Shown here one piece after another: positions 1 to 14,225 of a DNA stretch of 64,000 nt. The stretch comes from Octopus vulgaris (Eukaryota). The position numbers and the translations under genes were made by a program. Location: contig OX597817.1 in the NCBI GenBank assembly GCA_951406725.2, forward strand, positions 44,020,001 through 44,084,000, read 5' to 3'. Each line of letters starts with the position of its first letter. The stretch's first letter is position 1. Below the pieces are notes generated by a model that worked only from the letters and a program-made list of their open reading frames with translations, was not told where the DNA came from and did no database searches.

Positions 1-509
1 ATGCACACACACACACACACAATACATTATCCTTGCTCAAAATACATCGTCTATGGAGCTTAATGAATATTTTCTTTCTCTACTTCTTAATTTCACCTTA
101 CCCCCAGCTGTGGTAATATATTTTTGCATGTAACTCAATGGGAGTATGTAGATGTACATATGTGTGAGCAAAGAAATTTGATATGAATACATCATTTGCA
201 TGAATAACTGAATGCATTTGGCTATATAAACGTATATATACAGGTGTGAGCATGGGTATATTTTTGAATGTGTACATAGATATAAAAGGCTATAGGTATG
301 TTTAGATGTATGTTTATCTATGCACATTTGAGTATTTGTGTGAGCTTATATAGGTATACATAAACAAATATGTATATATGTATATGCATGTGATGATGGA
401 CTTTTTCATCGAAGATGACATAAGAGTGTTCAGCTTTTTTGCTGAATAACCTGCACAAATGATTTGTTTATAGTGAGCAAATGTATGTGCCATACATTAG
501 TTCACTCTC

Positions 510-695
510 CACCATCAAATTGACATTGCCCGTACAGGTGTACAGAGTGTCATGCTTCAGGTATTGAAGTCATCGCAGAGCAGTGTGAGATGAAGTGCTT
601 TGCTCAAGAAGACAACACAGCACCTGGTCTAGAAATTGAAACCATGATCTCTCTATCGTGAGTGCAACATCCTAATCACTAGGCCATCTGTTCTC
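510..695 (-). mobile_element. tRNA-derived SINE, decayed
   Basis: gtgagatgaagtgctttgctcaagaagacaacac...attgaaaccatgatctc...cctaatcactaggcc is homologous to the copies at 54075-54340 and 60020-60357. Confidence 0.7.
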
Positions 696-721
696 ACAAT
701 TGTGAGGTCTGATATGTATGT

Positions 722-759
<38 letters not shown>

Positions 760-782
760 GCGCATATATATATATATATATA

Positions 783-1209
783 TATGAATAGAACAGAGTA
801 TAGAAGTGAGGTGAGAGAATAAATGTTTATTCAATTTGTTTACAATAGTTTCATAATCTTGTTAGTTATATAATAAATGTTGCATCAACATTTGCATGTA
901 ATACAAAAAATACATATAAATATATATGCGTACACCCATATAAACAAGAGAACTAACAGATTAATCTTCAGAATGATTCATGGTAGTCCGAAACATCAGG
1001 ACTACCATGAATCATTCTGAAGATTAGTCTGTTAATCTGTTTGAACACTTGTATATATGGGTGTACACACATGCATATTTATATATTTTATAAATGTGCA
1101 AATGTTATGTAATATTTATTATATAACTAACAAGATTCTGAAATAGCTGTAAACAAATGGAATAAACATTTATTCTCTCACCTCACTTCTCTTATCTGTT
1201 CGATTCATA
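783..1209. repeat. Fold-back inverted repeat with ~200-bp arms next to a (TA)n tract, followed by a unique tail
   Basis: agaagtgaggtgagagaataaatgtttattc pairs with gaataaacatttattctctcacctcacttct; centre tggtagtcc-gaaacatca-ggactacca. Confidence 0.9.
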
Positions 1210-1616
1210 AACATTCTCTCTACCATTTGTAAGAGTGGGTACTTATGTAAGTATATGTGCATGCAAGGTTCAGGGAATAAGTGAGCTGGTGGCCCTATTT
1301 CCCTATTCATAATTATGAGTATGTACAAGTATAAATATGCATATCATTATTGACTGACATGTTTACAAACATACTAACTTGAAAATGATCCCAAATACTG
1401 AATTATTTCCCTCCTAAATATGCACATAAACTAGCAATTTGTTACTTTCACACATCCACAGATTAAGGACACAAAATCTTTCCTATTTCTCTGAAGAATG
1501 GTTTATTCCAAAATGAAAGAAAGTTTAAGGAATTTTATATTTTATAAGTGGAAGTACATTTCATCAAAGAAAAATTATCACTAGTTTTCCTGGGTTTTTG
1601 TGTTCTTATCTACATG

Positions 1617-1653
<37 letters not shown>

Positions 1654-1658
<5 letters not shown>

Positions 1659-1822
1659 TGTCACTAAAATGACTGAGATTACTAGTCAGTACCAGTATTG
1701 CTAGAAATAAGAGCTAAACAACTCATAGCCACAAGGCTTCGTGTGGGCATGAGTTTTTTTAACTATTATTTCTAGCAATACTGGTGCTGACTAGAGACCT
1801 CAGTCACTTTAGTTACATATAT
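1654..1822. repeat. Fold-back hairpin with ~80-bp arms in (TA)n, followed by a short tail
   Basis: ctagtcagtaccagtattgctagaaataa pairs with ttatttctagcaatactggtgctgactag. Confidence 0.88.
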
Positions 1823-2010
1823 ATTTCTGCCTTTCGATTGTAAAATTGCAAATAAGCCACCCTTATTATTTAATATTATATATGTATATATCATATATAT
1901 GTACATACATACATACATATGCATATATATATATATATATATACACACACATACAGATATATTTATACATATACATATACATATAGTGTGAATATATAGA
2001 CACACACATA

Positions 2011-2057
<47 letters not shown>

Positions 2058-2111
2058 CCACTCGGTGTTAAATTAATGGTATTATTAAATTAATATCGAT
2101 TTTTCACCCTC

Positions 2112-2172
<61 letters not shown>

Positions 2173-2199
2173 TATATATATATACATATATATATGTAT

Positions 2200-2570
2200 A
2201 AAATTAGAATAAAACGACCGTTTATCAATTCAAAATGAACAATTAAATCACACCATCTAGAAAATTACATATAATAGAAATATTAAAATTAAAATAACAA
2301 TAAAATGTCAATGATTAAGTAAATTGCAAAAAAATAATAAAAGCGTATATAATTGGTATATATGCATGCGTATATGTATATAGGTATATATATGTACGTA
2401 TGTGTTATTCTACCAATTATATACGTTTTTATTATTTTTTTGCAATTTACTTAATCATTGACATTTTATTGTTATTCTAATTTTAATATTTCTATTATAT
2501 GTAATTTTCTAGATGGTGGGATTTAATTGTTCATTTTGAATATAAAAAAAGGTGTTTTTTTTCTAATTTT
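2200..2570. repeat. Fold-back inverted repeat with ~160-bp arms in (TA)n; tail to about 2670
   Basis: caccatctagaaaattacatataatagaaatattaaaatt pairs with aattttaatatttctattatatgtaattttctagatggtg. Confidence 0.9.
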
Positions 2571-2667
2571 TTATATATGTATATTATATTGTATGAAATT
2601 TGATTTTGTATTTCTACATTGAAATTTTTTCCCTGTAAGTTTGGATTTTATTCCCTCAAATAATAAT

Positions 2668-2708
<41 letters not shown>

Positions 2709-2709
<1 letters not shown>

Positions 2710-2850
2710 TATACTAGCTATCTCAATATGGCTAACCACTAAGGGTGGGTGTTTGCAAATACCATAAGGGTACAGAAAGTGTACCTAAAGCCAGCTGGGG
2801 ACGATGATCTCCTGGGGCTGTGGTTAGCCATATTGAGATGGCTAGTATAC
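2709..2850. repeat. 30-bp inverted repeat enclosing a decayed hammerhead-like loop; tail to about 2903; flanked by (TA)n
   Basis: gtatactagctatctcaatatggctaacca pairs with tggttagccatattgagatggctagtatac. Confidence 0.85.
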
Positions 2851-2917
2851 TTTACGTTGTCAAGCAGTTACTGTTTACATCTCGTTCAGAGATTTATTAT
2901 TGCTATATATATATATA

Positions 2918-2955
<38 letters not shown>

Positions 2956-2999
2956 TACATATATATATATATATATGTATGTATATGAATATACATATG

Positions 3000-3054
<55 letters not shown>

Positions 3055-3554
3055 GTATGGAAACAAAACAGTTTGATTCAAATTTGTTAGTAATCCAAGA
3101 ATTGTTTCAAGTGTGATGCTAATCATCAGCCATTTTGTATATATAGTAACACACACACATGTATATATATATATATATACCTATATACATATACACATGC
3201 ATATATATATACACACACACATATATATATACATAAATACACACACACACACATACATATACATATATATGTATGTGCATGTACATGCATGTGTGTGGAG
3301 ATGCTTATACATATGCATATGGGTTGGCATTATAAGGACAAATGTGAGAAAGCTGAATTTCTAATTTCCAAAATATCAGAATGTTGAAAAATCAAATTGC
3401 TAAATTTCAAAATATTTAAAAATCTTTAAATCCCCAATTTTTCCCTAAAATATCTTAGGGATAATTAATAACAAAAAAAAAATAGTCTTAAAAAATATTT
3501 AATTACAATTTTAAAAATATTATTTGAGCACATATCATAACAATAAATTTTGAT

Positions 3555-3920
3555 ATAAATGTTTTAAAAAATCTTTAAGTAATGAAGTTCAGAAACTAGG
3601 CAAAATATGTAACAGATAATGAATAAGAACAAAGAGAAAATATTGTTTTTATCTTACATGGGTAGTTTAATGCTTATATTATATTTCAAGAAAGGACAAA
3701 GTAAAAATTGTTCAAAACGTGATTTTTATCTCTGAATTCTCAGATTATTTTTTTCTTATATTTGATATGGGGATTTTCCAAAAAATTTACTACAAGCATT
3801 AAACAATCTACATAAGTTAATACAATATCTTCTATTTACTTTAATTTATTGGCATCACCTTATTTATTTTGCCAAACTTCTCAACTGCATTGCTTCAAGT
3901 TTTTTAAAACATTTATATGT
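3555..3920. repeat. Old, diverged inverted repeat
   Basis: atataaatgttttaaaaaa pairs with ttttttaaaacatttatat; gtttaatgctt pairs with aagcattaaac. Confidence 0.6.
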
Positions 3921-4841
3921 TTTGAGCAAATAGTGATAACCTTTTATATTTACTTTTTTTTTATGCTATGTTAGAATTACAAAGGTAAGTGAGATATAGT
4001 GAACAAATAAATTCTCGCATTATTGGATGTTTTCTTTTGCTTCTTTCAAAACAAATATAAGCGAAACTAAAGACAATATTTGTATATTGCTTTATGCATT
4101 GAAGAAAGATAAACAAGAACCTGTTCTCGGTCTATCAAAATTTAGCCTTTTAATCATTTGGTATGTATTTATTGAGAGACAAGAAGGATAATAATCAAAA
4201 ATGAAAGAATTTAAAGAATGAACCCATATAAGCATGGAAAGAGATGTAAGATCGAATGGAGGAACTGAATTATTTAAGATCTTGTCAATGTCTATGATAG
4301 AGTTTCCCTGTAATACACTTTCACTTTTTTCCTACAAGAAAATATGCTTACTCTATCTTGCTTGCCTATGTTATTCTAAAGCAGCCTATTCGAAAATGTA
4401 AATATGCTAATATAAATTTTTCATAAACTGACTTTTCAAGCACTAAGTAAATGAATTTTAAAACACATTTTTCTTATTATTTTCCCCAAACTTATTTCAA
4501 AATTTGCAGTTTGAATCTTTTCACATTATGGCATTTAGAGATTGGAGTTTTAGCTCATTCAGACTTTGGGGATTAAGGTTTTTAGGTGTTTTGAAATTTG
4601 GCAGCTTATGTCCACATTTCTCATATTCAGCCTGATGACCAGCAGCAATATACATATACACATGTATATATACACAGACACATACATGCATACATACGTA
4701 TATGCATGTACATATATCTGTATGTATATAAACATACATATAAGTAGATATATTATATATCTATACGCACACACATACATATATATGTATACATATACAT
4801 ATATTCATATATATATATATGCATACATGCAAATATATATA

Positions 4842-4886
4842 TATGTTTTAGAGTGTGCTTCTTTTAAGTTATATGAACTACTGATG

Positions 4887-4917
<31 letters not shown>

Positions 4918-4957
4918 GTAGTTCATATAACTTAAAAGAAGCACACTCTAAAACATA
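4842..4957. repeat. Perfect ~42-bp inverted repeat around a (TA)n loop
   Basis: gttttagagtgtgcttcttttaagttatatgaactactga pairs with tcagtagttcatataacttaaaagaagcacactctaaaac. Confidence 0.9.
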
Positions 4958-4969
4958 ACAACAGTAATA

Positions 4970-5592
4970 ATATTTAGAATGGTGTCTGTTATGGCTGGTC
5001 ATTGGTTTAGCACCATTAAAGTTCTTAGCTGTGTAGGCAACTTGTCAAACTCAAATGGCTAGAGGCACATAAACTCTCTACAACCGGAGAGAAGACAGCA
5101 CCATGGTCAGTTAGTTTTTTAAGCAAAAATATCCAGAACGAACTCTACAAGTAAGTTTTCCGGTGGGGCAGGGCTATCCTCCTTATATTGATTCCAGCTG
5201 TAATGGTTTGCAAAGCTGGTAGTATGCTACTATTTGGCAAATGGGGAATTCCAAGCTGGCAACAGAAAATACCTCTGATGAGAGCATTGACTAAATACTT
5301 CTTTTCTGAAGTTTAGAAAAGCCCCCATGTCAAGCAAGTTTTACAGGGTTATTGCCTTCTAGGCCAAGCAAATAAACTCCAAAAAAGAAGTGTTTAGTCA
5401 ATTCCCTCATCAAGGATGTTTCTTGTTGCAAGCTTGAAATTTCCCAATTGTTCCCCAGAACTGACCATGATGTTTTCCTCCTTCCAGTTATGAAGAGGTT
5501 AAGTGTCTTTGGCCATTTGAGTCTGATGAGTCGCCTATACAGCTAGGTGCTTTACTCTTTGATCGGCCATAACAAACAACCTTCTAAATATA
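4970..5592. repeat. Diverged ~620-bp fold-back element
   Basis: Nested complementary blocks: tatttagaa/ttctaaata, actcaaatggc/gccatttgagt, catggtcagtt/aactgaccatg, ttgactaaatacttctttt/aaaagaagtgtttagtcaa. Confidence 0.8.
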
Positions 5593-6037
5593 TATATATA
5601 TCTTGCATTGATATCATGATTGTGTTTAACATTCAATTATTTTATCCAGCTTAGTAACCTGTATATATATAAACATGCATGTTTTTATATAACTCTCTTT
5701 TCTTCTCCCTCCTGTTTGTCTCATTTAATTTGTTTCCTATTCTGTTTCTTTTATTATCTGTGAGAGGTGTTTTGATTTGCAATTTTGCATTCTATAAAAT
5801 TCTTGATAATGTGATTATTAGACAGTGTATTATTATATAATTATACAGATATATTCAGTGCCATTATGATGAAGAATTATTATTGAAACACTGCAATAAA
5901 TGAATATCTGAAATATCACTGGTACCATTTGTCTAATTTTGATATTTCAAATGTATTTTGCTTGCTCCATCCATTATAGCTTGTATCATGCTTTAGGCAA
6001 TATTCTATGTGGAAGTGCATTTCGGATGTGAATTTTT

Positions 6038-6040
<3 letters not shown>

Positions 6041-6094
<54 letters not shown>

Positions 6095-6117
6095 GTATGC
6101 ATGTATACATGTATGTG

Positions 6118-6152
<35 letters not shown>

Positions 6153-6184
6153 GCATGTATACATGTATGTATGTATTTATGTAT

Positions 6185-6229
<45 letters not shown>

Positions 6230-6355
6230 CATATATATATATACACATGCATGCATATATATATACATACATATATATATATATATATATACACATACAT
6301 GTATACATAATTATGCATATAGATGCATACATATATATATCTATATGCATATTTT

Positions 6356-6386
<31 letters not shown>

Positions 6387-6418
6387 ATACATATATATAT
6401 ATATACATACATATATAT

Positions 6419-6457
<39 letters not shown>

Positions 6458-6458
6458 C

Positions 6459-6535
<77 letters not shown>

Positions 6536-6571
6536 TACATATATATATGTATATATACTCACATAAGATAC

Positions 6572-6602
<31 letters not shown>

Positions 6603-6622
6603 CATATACAATATATATATAT
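6041..6622. repeat. Long compound (TA)n/(TATG)n/(TACA)n microsatellite, one of dozens in the window
   Basis: Direct reading; source of the spurious YIYIY ORFs. Confidence 0.97.
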
Positions 6623-9600
6623 ACCTCTTCTGTATATCTACTCCTCACATATAAATATGCACTATTGTATCTGTACGCTTTATCTATCTATCTACCTATT
6701 TATCAAAATTTTAACCGAGTCTCAAGCTAATACATTCCTTGTGCATATTCTCTCGTTCATAAATTTTATTTGTTTATTTGAAGTAATTGTTTGTTTAAAT
6801 TTATTGTTTATTTGAATTGACTCTATATATAGGTGTATATATATAGGTGTATATATATATATATATATACCCCCACATACACACAAGTATACATTAATAT
6901 GTATGTTCATACAAAAACTTTATACTCCATATACATTGAAAATTAATCATTTACTACATAATTGCCATATTTTACATTTTAGCAATATCATATTGGACAT
7001 ATAGACTATATGTGAGATATAGACTATATTATAAGTGGTTTGATTTTGAAATCACATTTTATTTTAGCAAAACCTGTCCTCATAATCAACACTATAATGT
7101 TTTTATATCTTCTTTAGATATTAATACTAATTTTCTAAGTGTATTTGGAATAGATATATCAAAATGTTGGTAATATTAATCGGTACTGCATTATTTTGTA
7201 TCTTAAATAATTGCCTCTATCATATTTATCTGATTGATTTCTTAAAAGAGTCTGGTATTCACAAGAAATTCTGCATAATTCATTACCTACATTATGGGAA
7301 TTAATAACAAATACACAATAACAATCACAATGACAATAGTAATGGGAAATAATTTTGCTTCAGTCAGGTAAATAAAGAAAAGAACAGAAAATAAAAATGA
7401 AATAAAAAGTAAAGCTAGGATGAAGGTATTAAACCACTGTAAACATAGACAAATAAATTCAAAGATTAGCTGTATAATTGAACAAATAAAAATAGTAAAC
7501 ATGGACAGTCTCAATTCTTAAAATACAAAAGCTTTTTGTATAAGAAACATGTCAATAATTAAACAATTAGAATGTAAAAATATTTGTTAATGCAAAGGTA
7601 ATTGAATATTATTTTGGCATACATAGTCAGGATATTATGATTATAATTTACTGACCATTTTAATCTGATAATATATTCATTTCTTGACAGATAATTGTAC
7701 AAATTTAGTTTCACTAGAAGTATCTTGAAAAGGTGCTTTATCTTTCTTTTACAAATCATGTTGACTGAAAGTTTCCAGTTAAATGACTTCAATGCTTACA
7801 CCATTAATTTAGATATGCTTTGTGGCTTTTTAAAACTTTTCTCACTCGTTCTTGCCACTAATAGCTTAGTTTAACTAGCATACTCCTGTGTGCATAAACT
7901 GAAACTTTTCCCTTTCCTTCTGCATTCAACATTTTCCACACAAAACTCTAACTTCTTTGAAGCCACATACATTACCTATGAACAAACTCTTAGAAAACAG
8001 CTTGTGGTGAAGACGTAAATTCTCCACAAGATCTCTTTGAAAACAGTTCCCGTTTGGGTCAGGAACTTAACTTTAAAATTAACATCTGAACCAATTTAGA
8101 CACTAATAGCTCCTTGTCAAACAAAAATTATGGTTAAGTAATGTACTCATAGAAAGTTACAAGAGTTATATATTAACATGAATTCTAATCACATCAACAA
8201 ATGCAGAATATTACTGTAGCAGAAGAATACCCGAAATACCTTGTGGCTAAATTTTCTAGTAGAAAGTATTCATATAACAATACTCCAAGAAAGACTGGCT
8301 AAAGCATTAACTCACAAAACAAAAGAACCAGAAAAAGAAATTATCGTGTTCAACTGATCAGTTAAAATTAATCTAACATTCAATATAATCTCACAAAAGT
8401 ACTCTAGTAATTGACATATATCACAATCTAGGATATATATGACAGTTTTCAAAAATCATTGGAGCAGATATATAAGTGTGTTTGAAGGTTTTGACCATGT
8501 CCCAAGAAATAAAAGACTATGCTATTAGTTTTCTACTTCGTAAGTAATGCCCCCTTCATAGGTTAGTGTCATGTAAAAGAGATATGATGAGCTAGAAATG
8601 TGTTAATTAGAAGGAGTTTGTGACAGAATATAGAAGAGAATATTGTAAATAATTGTGGGGAATACAAGATATGGATTAGTTTTCTTAAAGGACAATTTAT
8701 ATCAAATTGACAAGTTTAATTTAACCAAACAGTTATACAAAAGGAATGGTTAGATAACATCTATAAAAGATAAATAATATACTTCAAAAATATGGAACAA
8801 AGTGAAATGTAGACAATAGCTGGAATGTGATGCGTAAGGATTGCCAAGCTTAGTAAAAACCAATAAGTAAAGTTCACATAGCTAGATCCAACAGACATGC
8901 CCTACTGTACTGATTAATATGGCAAAGGCAAGTAAAAAAAACTGAGAACATAAAACAGTCAATTTCAAGTTCTTCATGTATACTGAGTGAAAAAGTGCTA
9001 CGAGGTGGTGATGGAAAGAATATCTGTACCAAACAAAACTTGAGAAAAATTAGGAGTAACATGAGAATTAAACCTCTCAAATGACATTAAACATGTTTGA
9101 GGTACATGTGATATGTCAAACTTAAATTTTCAAAACTGACAAAAGCTACATCATTCAATTTGTATCTCAAAAAATTCTACTTTTTGAAATTTCCTACTCT
9201 CTACCACTATCATCTAAACACACAATATCCTTCTTGTCTTTCCTTGTCTCACTTATAACATCTGCCCCCACCCACCCAGAACTTATGCTAAATCCAATTT
9301 TTTCCACCTAAATGTGCAACTCCTAAGAAGTCATTCCCTATTAATGTTTCTTTCTTAAATCCCTATTAATGTTTCAAAATCATACAATTGCAAGGTCACC
9401 AATCATATAAACTGCACTATAGCTTAGAAAGGCTGCAAGAATTATTTTTCTTCTTTGAAATAATAAATATTACTGATATGAATATTAATATCTTTATATT
9501 TCATATATTAATAAAAAAAAAGCAATATTTATTTTTTAGTAAAATTCTCAAAAGCATTTTAAAGATATAGAAATAATATAAAACAAAATCAAAGTGCTGA

Positions 9601-9838
9601 AACAAAATAAAAAAATAAAAAATTAATATTATTAATAATCAAATTCATTAACTAATCCTCCAGTTTCATGCCATGTATACACAGCAAAAGTGTAGAAGTA
9701 ACTGAAACTACCAGCAACATATTTTCATAGAAGTAGATGAATAAATCTAAACTTTTCAAACTATCTATAGGTTAATGACTTGAATTGAGACAGTCCAGAT
9801 TAAATGGTAAGTAATTTATCTACAAAAAGACTACCTAC

Positions 9839-9999
9839 CTCACGAGATTCTCTGGTTACCTCTACAAGATGCCACTTGTTGTCATCAAATCGTTGATTTG
9901 GGGGATTGATATTAGCATCATACTTTCCAGATCCGAGGTTTACCGATAGGTCCACACCCCCACCAATGAGGGCCACATTAAAATATTCCCCAAGGTCAC
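9839..9999 (-). CDS. NRXN: alpha-neurexin exon, LNS2 middle (161 nt, phase 1-0), ending at the position of vertebrate splice site 2
   Basis: ttttcattttatag|GT GAC CTT...CGT GAG|gtaggt; encodes (G)DLGEYFNVALIGGGVDLSVNLGSGKYDANINPPNQRFDDNKWHLVEVTRESRE, similar to neurexin [50 protein letters not shown]. Confidence 0.93.
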
Positions 10000-10048
10000 C
10001 TATAAAATGAAAAGAAAACAGAACATAAATATGTAAAGCATAATATTA

Positions 10049-10105
<57 letters not shown>

Positions 10106-10164
10106 TGTAATAATAATAATGTTATATTATTATTACATAATATTAGTACAATTAGTATAACAGC

Positions 10165-10545
10165 ACTGGTTGAGAAATGGATTGGTCTGGTTACGGAGAA
10201 AGAGCAATGAGCAAATTTCATATCTGTGCATTTTCTGATTTTCATTCAAATATGTGGTACCCATTTGTCAAGCATTTTTGGTTTTCTGAATGCAGGCACT
10301 TTTCTGGCTAACTTGAAGTTCTTTTGCCAGCTCTCAAGTGGTTTTATGTGGATCTTTCTCAATGATGGTCTTTAACCATCGTCAATGACATATGGGCTTC
10401 CACTACACTCATGATCTTCAAGGACCAGGTCTCCACTGTGAAATTGTTCAAACCATTTTTAAGCTGAACACTCACTGGTCATTTCCTCATCAAATGTTTT
10501 GTTGATATCGTGAGCAGTTTCTCCAGCTTTGCTTGACAGTTCCAT
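10165..10545 (-). pseudogene. Mariner transposase fragment (Hsmar1/cecropia-like N-terminal half), decayed
   Basis: Minus-strand pieces AGETAHDINK..KWFEQFHSGDLVLEDHECSGSP..MLDKWVPH..NENQKMHRYEICS..RNQTNPFL include the WVPHEL motif; stops and frameshifts present. Confidence 0.85.
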
Positions 10546-10910
10546 TTCCAATGATTATAACAACGGTGATAAAATATCAATGTTAATTTATTGATTCATT
10601 TGGGCAAGTCTGTGTCTGTATTATCAGACAACTGCAAAAAAATGTTTAAAAAATTCAAAACTCAGCAAAAGTCCGATACAAATTTTTCATGGTTCAAAAT
10701 GTTGGTATTTTATTCTTTGTGAACTGTAAATTTTCCCTGTCTAAAACATTCATACCTTGTCTCTGATGGCAGAATACCCAGTGCATGGACATGCTAACCT
10801 ACCACTTGGGTTATTCTAGAAGTTGGTGTAATACTTCAAATTTACCTTACCCTAGTTAAACTATTCTAAATGACTTGAGATATTCGCTCTGCCATGGTTT
10901 TGCTTATTCC

Positions 10911-10984
<74 letters not shown>

Positions 10985-11068
10985 GTATATATATATGTGT
11001 GTGTCTATATATATACACACACACACATATATATCTTCAATATCATTTAAAAAACACAGGTTTATTAT

Positions 11069-11952
11069 ACGTAGTCTGATCAATAAGTATCCGGAGTGTT
11101 GCCATAGTAATGAAGCTAAAGCACAAAGAGTAAAGTTGCTTGGCACAGATTGACTTTTATCTCTGCTGTGCATGTGCACTAAGTTTGAACATTCTAGCTC
11201 ACTTCCACTGTTTACAGCAGTGCTTGGAAGGAAGGTGTGTAGCATGTAATCATGGCATTGACCACAAGAGAGAAAGTTGAGCGGAGAATCTGCATCAAAT
11301 TTTGTCAAAAGTTTGGCGATAACTGCTCAGAGGCCTATACAAAGTTTTCAAAATTTTCCATTGTTCATGACACAATTAAGGAGATCTTGTGCAACTGAAA
11401 CCCAAGTGGCTTTTTGGTCAGCTAAAAGCAGTTTTGGCACAAACTTGGCAGACATGTGTTTCAAACCCAAATCTTCAGTGATAACAGATTGAACTGAACT
11501 GTAACTAATCTGCACATCCTCTGATAACTCTTAGATGGTTATTTAACAATTTTCTCTCACAGCTGCAAGCACATCTGTGATGTTTTCCTCATTTCTGCTG
11601 GTTGTGGGTCACCCACAACATTTGTCAATATCAATATTTTTTTGGCCATCTGGACAACTTGTACTCTTGTATGCAGCTCATACATTCCTCTCCATACACT
11701 TTCTGCAACATTGCATATGCCTCTGAGCAGGTATCACTATGACAACTCTCTCTGTCATGGTCAATGCGATGATCACATGCTACACAGCTTCCTTCCAAGC
11801 ACTCTACTGTACACTGCAGAAGTGAGCTAGAATGTTAAAACTTATTGTGCATGCACAGCAAAGGTCAAAGTCAATCTGTGCAAAGCAGTTTCACTCTACG
11901 GGCTTTAGCTTCGTTACTATGGCTACAGTCCGGATACTTATTGATCAGACCT
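11069..11952 (+). mobile_element. Internally deleted mariner element with ~200-bp terminal inverted repeats
   Basis: gtctgatcaataagtatccgga...tccggatacttattgatcagac ends; internal ERRICIKFCQKFGDNCSEAYTK resembles the mariner N-terminal HTH. Confidence 0.85.
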
Positions 11953-12799
11953 TTTAGACTTCCAGTAATGCATGCTCAATAATATATAGTAACCTCTTTT
12001 ATATTGTCCCAGCCTGAGTGAAGTGTTCATGACAGAACTGCAGTTTATGTGCATGTGTAAACATAAGTAACCTCTCATATGAATTTCTATTTGCTAAACA
12101 TTGTATGTTTGAATATCTCTACAACTTCATTTGCTATTTGTGGATGATATAAGCCATTTACACTTTTTTTTACACATTTATTATCATTAATAATGTGTTT
12201 TTTCCTGCTTCATTAATACAAATAATATTTTGTTTTAAGCATGTTTCAGTTGCTGACAACGTTTTGTGTTGAAACTTTTCAGTAGTAGGATTCACTCTTA
12301 TTACATCTTATGTTTCATTGTCTTTTATCAGTTAACATTCTTCACTTATCATTATTGTTTTTTAATATTAAATGCATGTTCTGTTAACAGCTGCTTTGCA
12401 AAATTTCATCTTAAAGCTGTCTGCTTTAAATTTTACATTTTCAACTGTTGCATGCTTTGCTGGTGTTCTACTAAGAATTAATGTCACATTACTTCAACAA
12501 CAGTAAATATACTTTTAATATTTTTATTTTCAGCATAGTAATACTAAGATTATATTGCTCTTAAATATATCAGCTTTCTTTGCTTTACTTTCATTTTGTA
12601 TGTTAGACTATTTGATTATATAACTGCATGATATAGAAACACAAACAATACATTTCTTTTGTTCAATTTGCATCAAAAGGGTGACAATAATGTAAATGAG
12701 ATGGGTTTAGCTTTTCACTACACACAAATGTAGACAGGGTATTACTAACTGTATAAAAAAATGCATTGAAGTATGTGTGTGCATGTTCAAATATATATA

Positions 12800-12891
<92 letters not shown>

Positions 12892-13086
12892 GCTTTCCAC
12901 TATTGATGTTCAAGCTTCCTTCATGTTGCATGTCTTGCAAGTGTTATTCCCACATGCATGCATACCATATGTATAGTTATGCACATTCACTATAGGAAAA
13001 TACGATACTATGATATCAAATCAATGTAAGACATGTTACCTTAACGATAGCATGTTCAGACAAGTATATATGTGTGTGTAAGTGTG

Positions 13087-13117
<31 letters not shown>

Positions 13118-13319
13118 GTATATGTGTGTGTAAATATAAACACACACACACACATCTATATATATATAAACATATCTGTGTGTGTGTGTATGTATATATA
13201 TATATATATATATAAGTACAATCTGATCTGGCAAAGTTTCTACAGCTGGATTCCTTTTCCTAATGCCACTGTATGTGTGTGTATATATGTGCATGTGTGT
13301 GTGTGTGTGTGTGTATGCT

Positions 13320-14225
13320 TTGTATGTGCCACTGTCATGAGGGCTAGTCAGGTGGTACTGGCATCAACCATGCTTGAATGGTGCGTTTTACATGTCATCG
13401 GCATGGGTGCCAGTCAGGCGACTCAGGCAATGACCATGCTTGAATGGTGCTTTTTACATGCCACTGACACAGGTGCAAGTCAGGTGGTACTGGCATCTGC
13501 CATGACACTGACTTCTCTTGACTCAACAGGTCTTTGCAAGCACAGTTTATTGCCCAATGATAGAAGGGTACTCTTAAATGGGCCGGTTATGCTGGACTGG
13601 CATAGACCCCAGTTATGGTCTTACTTGGCTTGCTGTGTCTTCTCAAACACAGCATATCTCCAAAGGTATCAACTACTTCTAGTTTTTCCCCCTGACATGT
13701 GACAGAAGCTGTTCTCTGCACATTTTCAGTGTTTATTACCCCTGAGTATTTGCCACACACAAAAACTATCTTCCCAGTTAGCCTTCCTTTGATATTGCTG
13801 CACCTCTTAAGTGTCCATAGCTTACCCAGGCACATCTTATGGAGTTTCTACCTATGCCTTTTCTACAGATTGAGCAGGGTCATGTACCTGAAGGAATTTG
13901 TGATTTGGTTTTTACTAGATTGACTCTAAGGCCCTTTGATTCTAGACTTTGCTTTCACACCTGAAACTTCCTTCTCGTTCTGATAGTAACTCAGCTATTA
14001 GAGCAAGGTCTTCAGCATAGAGAAGCTTCCAAGGGTATGCTCTCTTGAATTTCTCTGCTATTGCCTGGAGGAGTATGATGAATAAGAGGGGGGCTGAGGA
14101 CTGATCCTTGGTGAACCCCTACCTCTACCCAGAATTCATCACTATACTTGTTGCCAACCCTCACTTCACTGACAGCATCCCTATACATGGCTTGTACAGC
14201 TCTCACTAACCACTCATTTATCCTT
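13320..14225 (-). mobile_element. RTE-clade LINE 3' fragment (RT remnant plus tandem-repeat 3' region), CpG-decayed
   Basis: VRAVQAMYRDAVSEVRVGNKYSDEFWVEVGVHQGSVLSP (RT motif) and WKLLYAEDLALIAE; the repeats at 13330-13500 are homologous to 32945-33130. Confidence 0.85.

Noticed and set aside
102-107. Possible 6-nt phase-0 microexon cag|CTGGGG|gtaagg at the SS2 position
   Set aside because: No polypyrimidine tract; expected by chance in 10 kb
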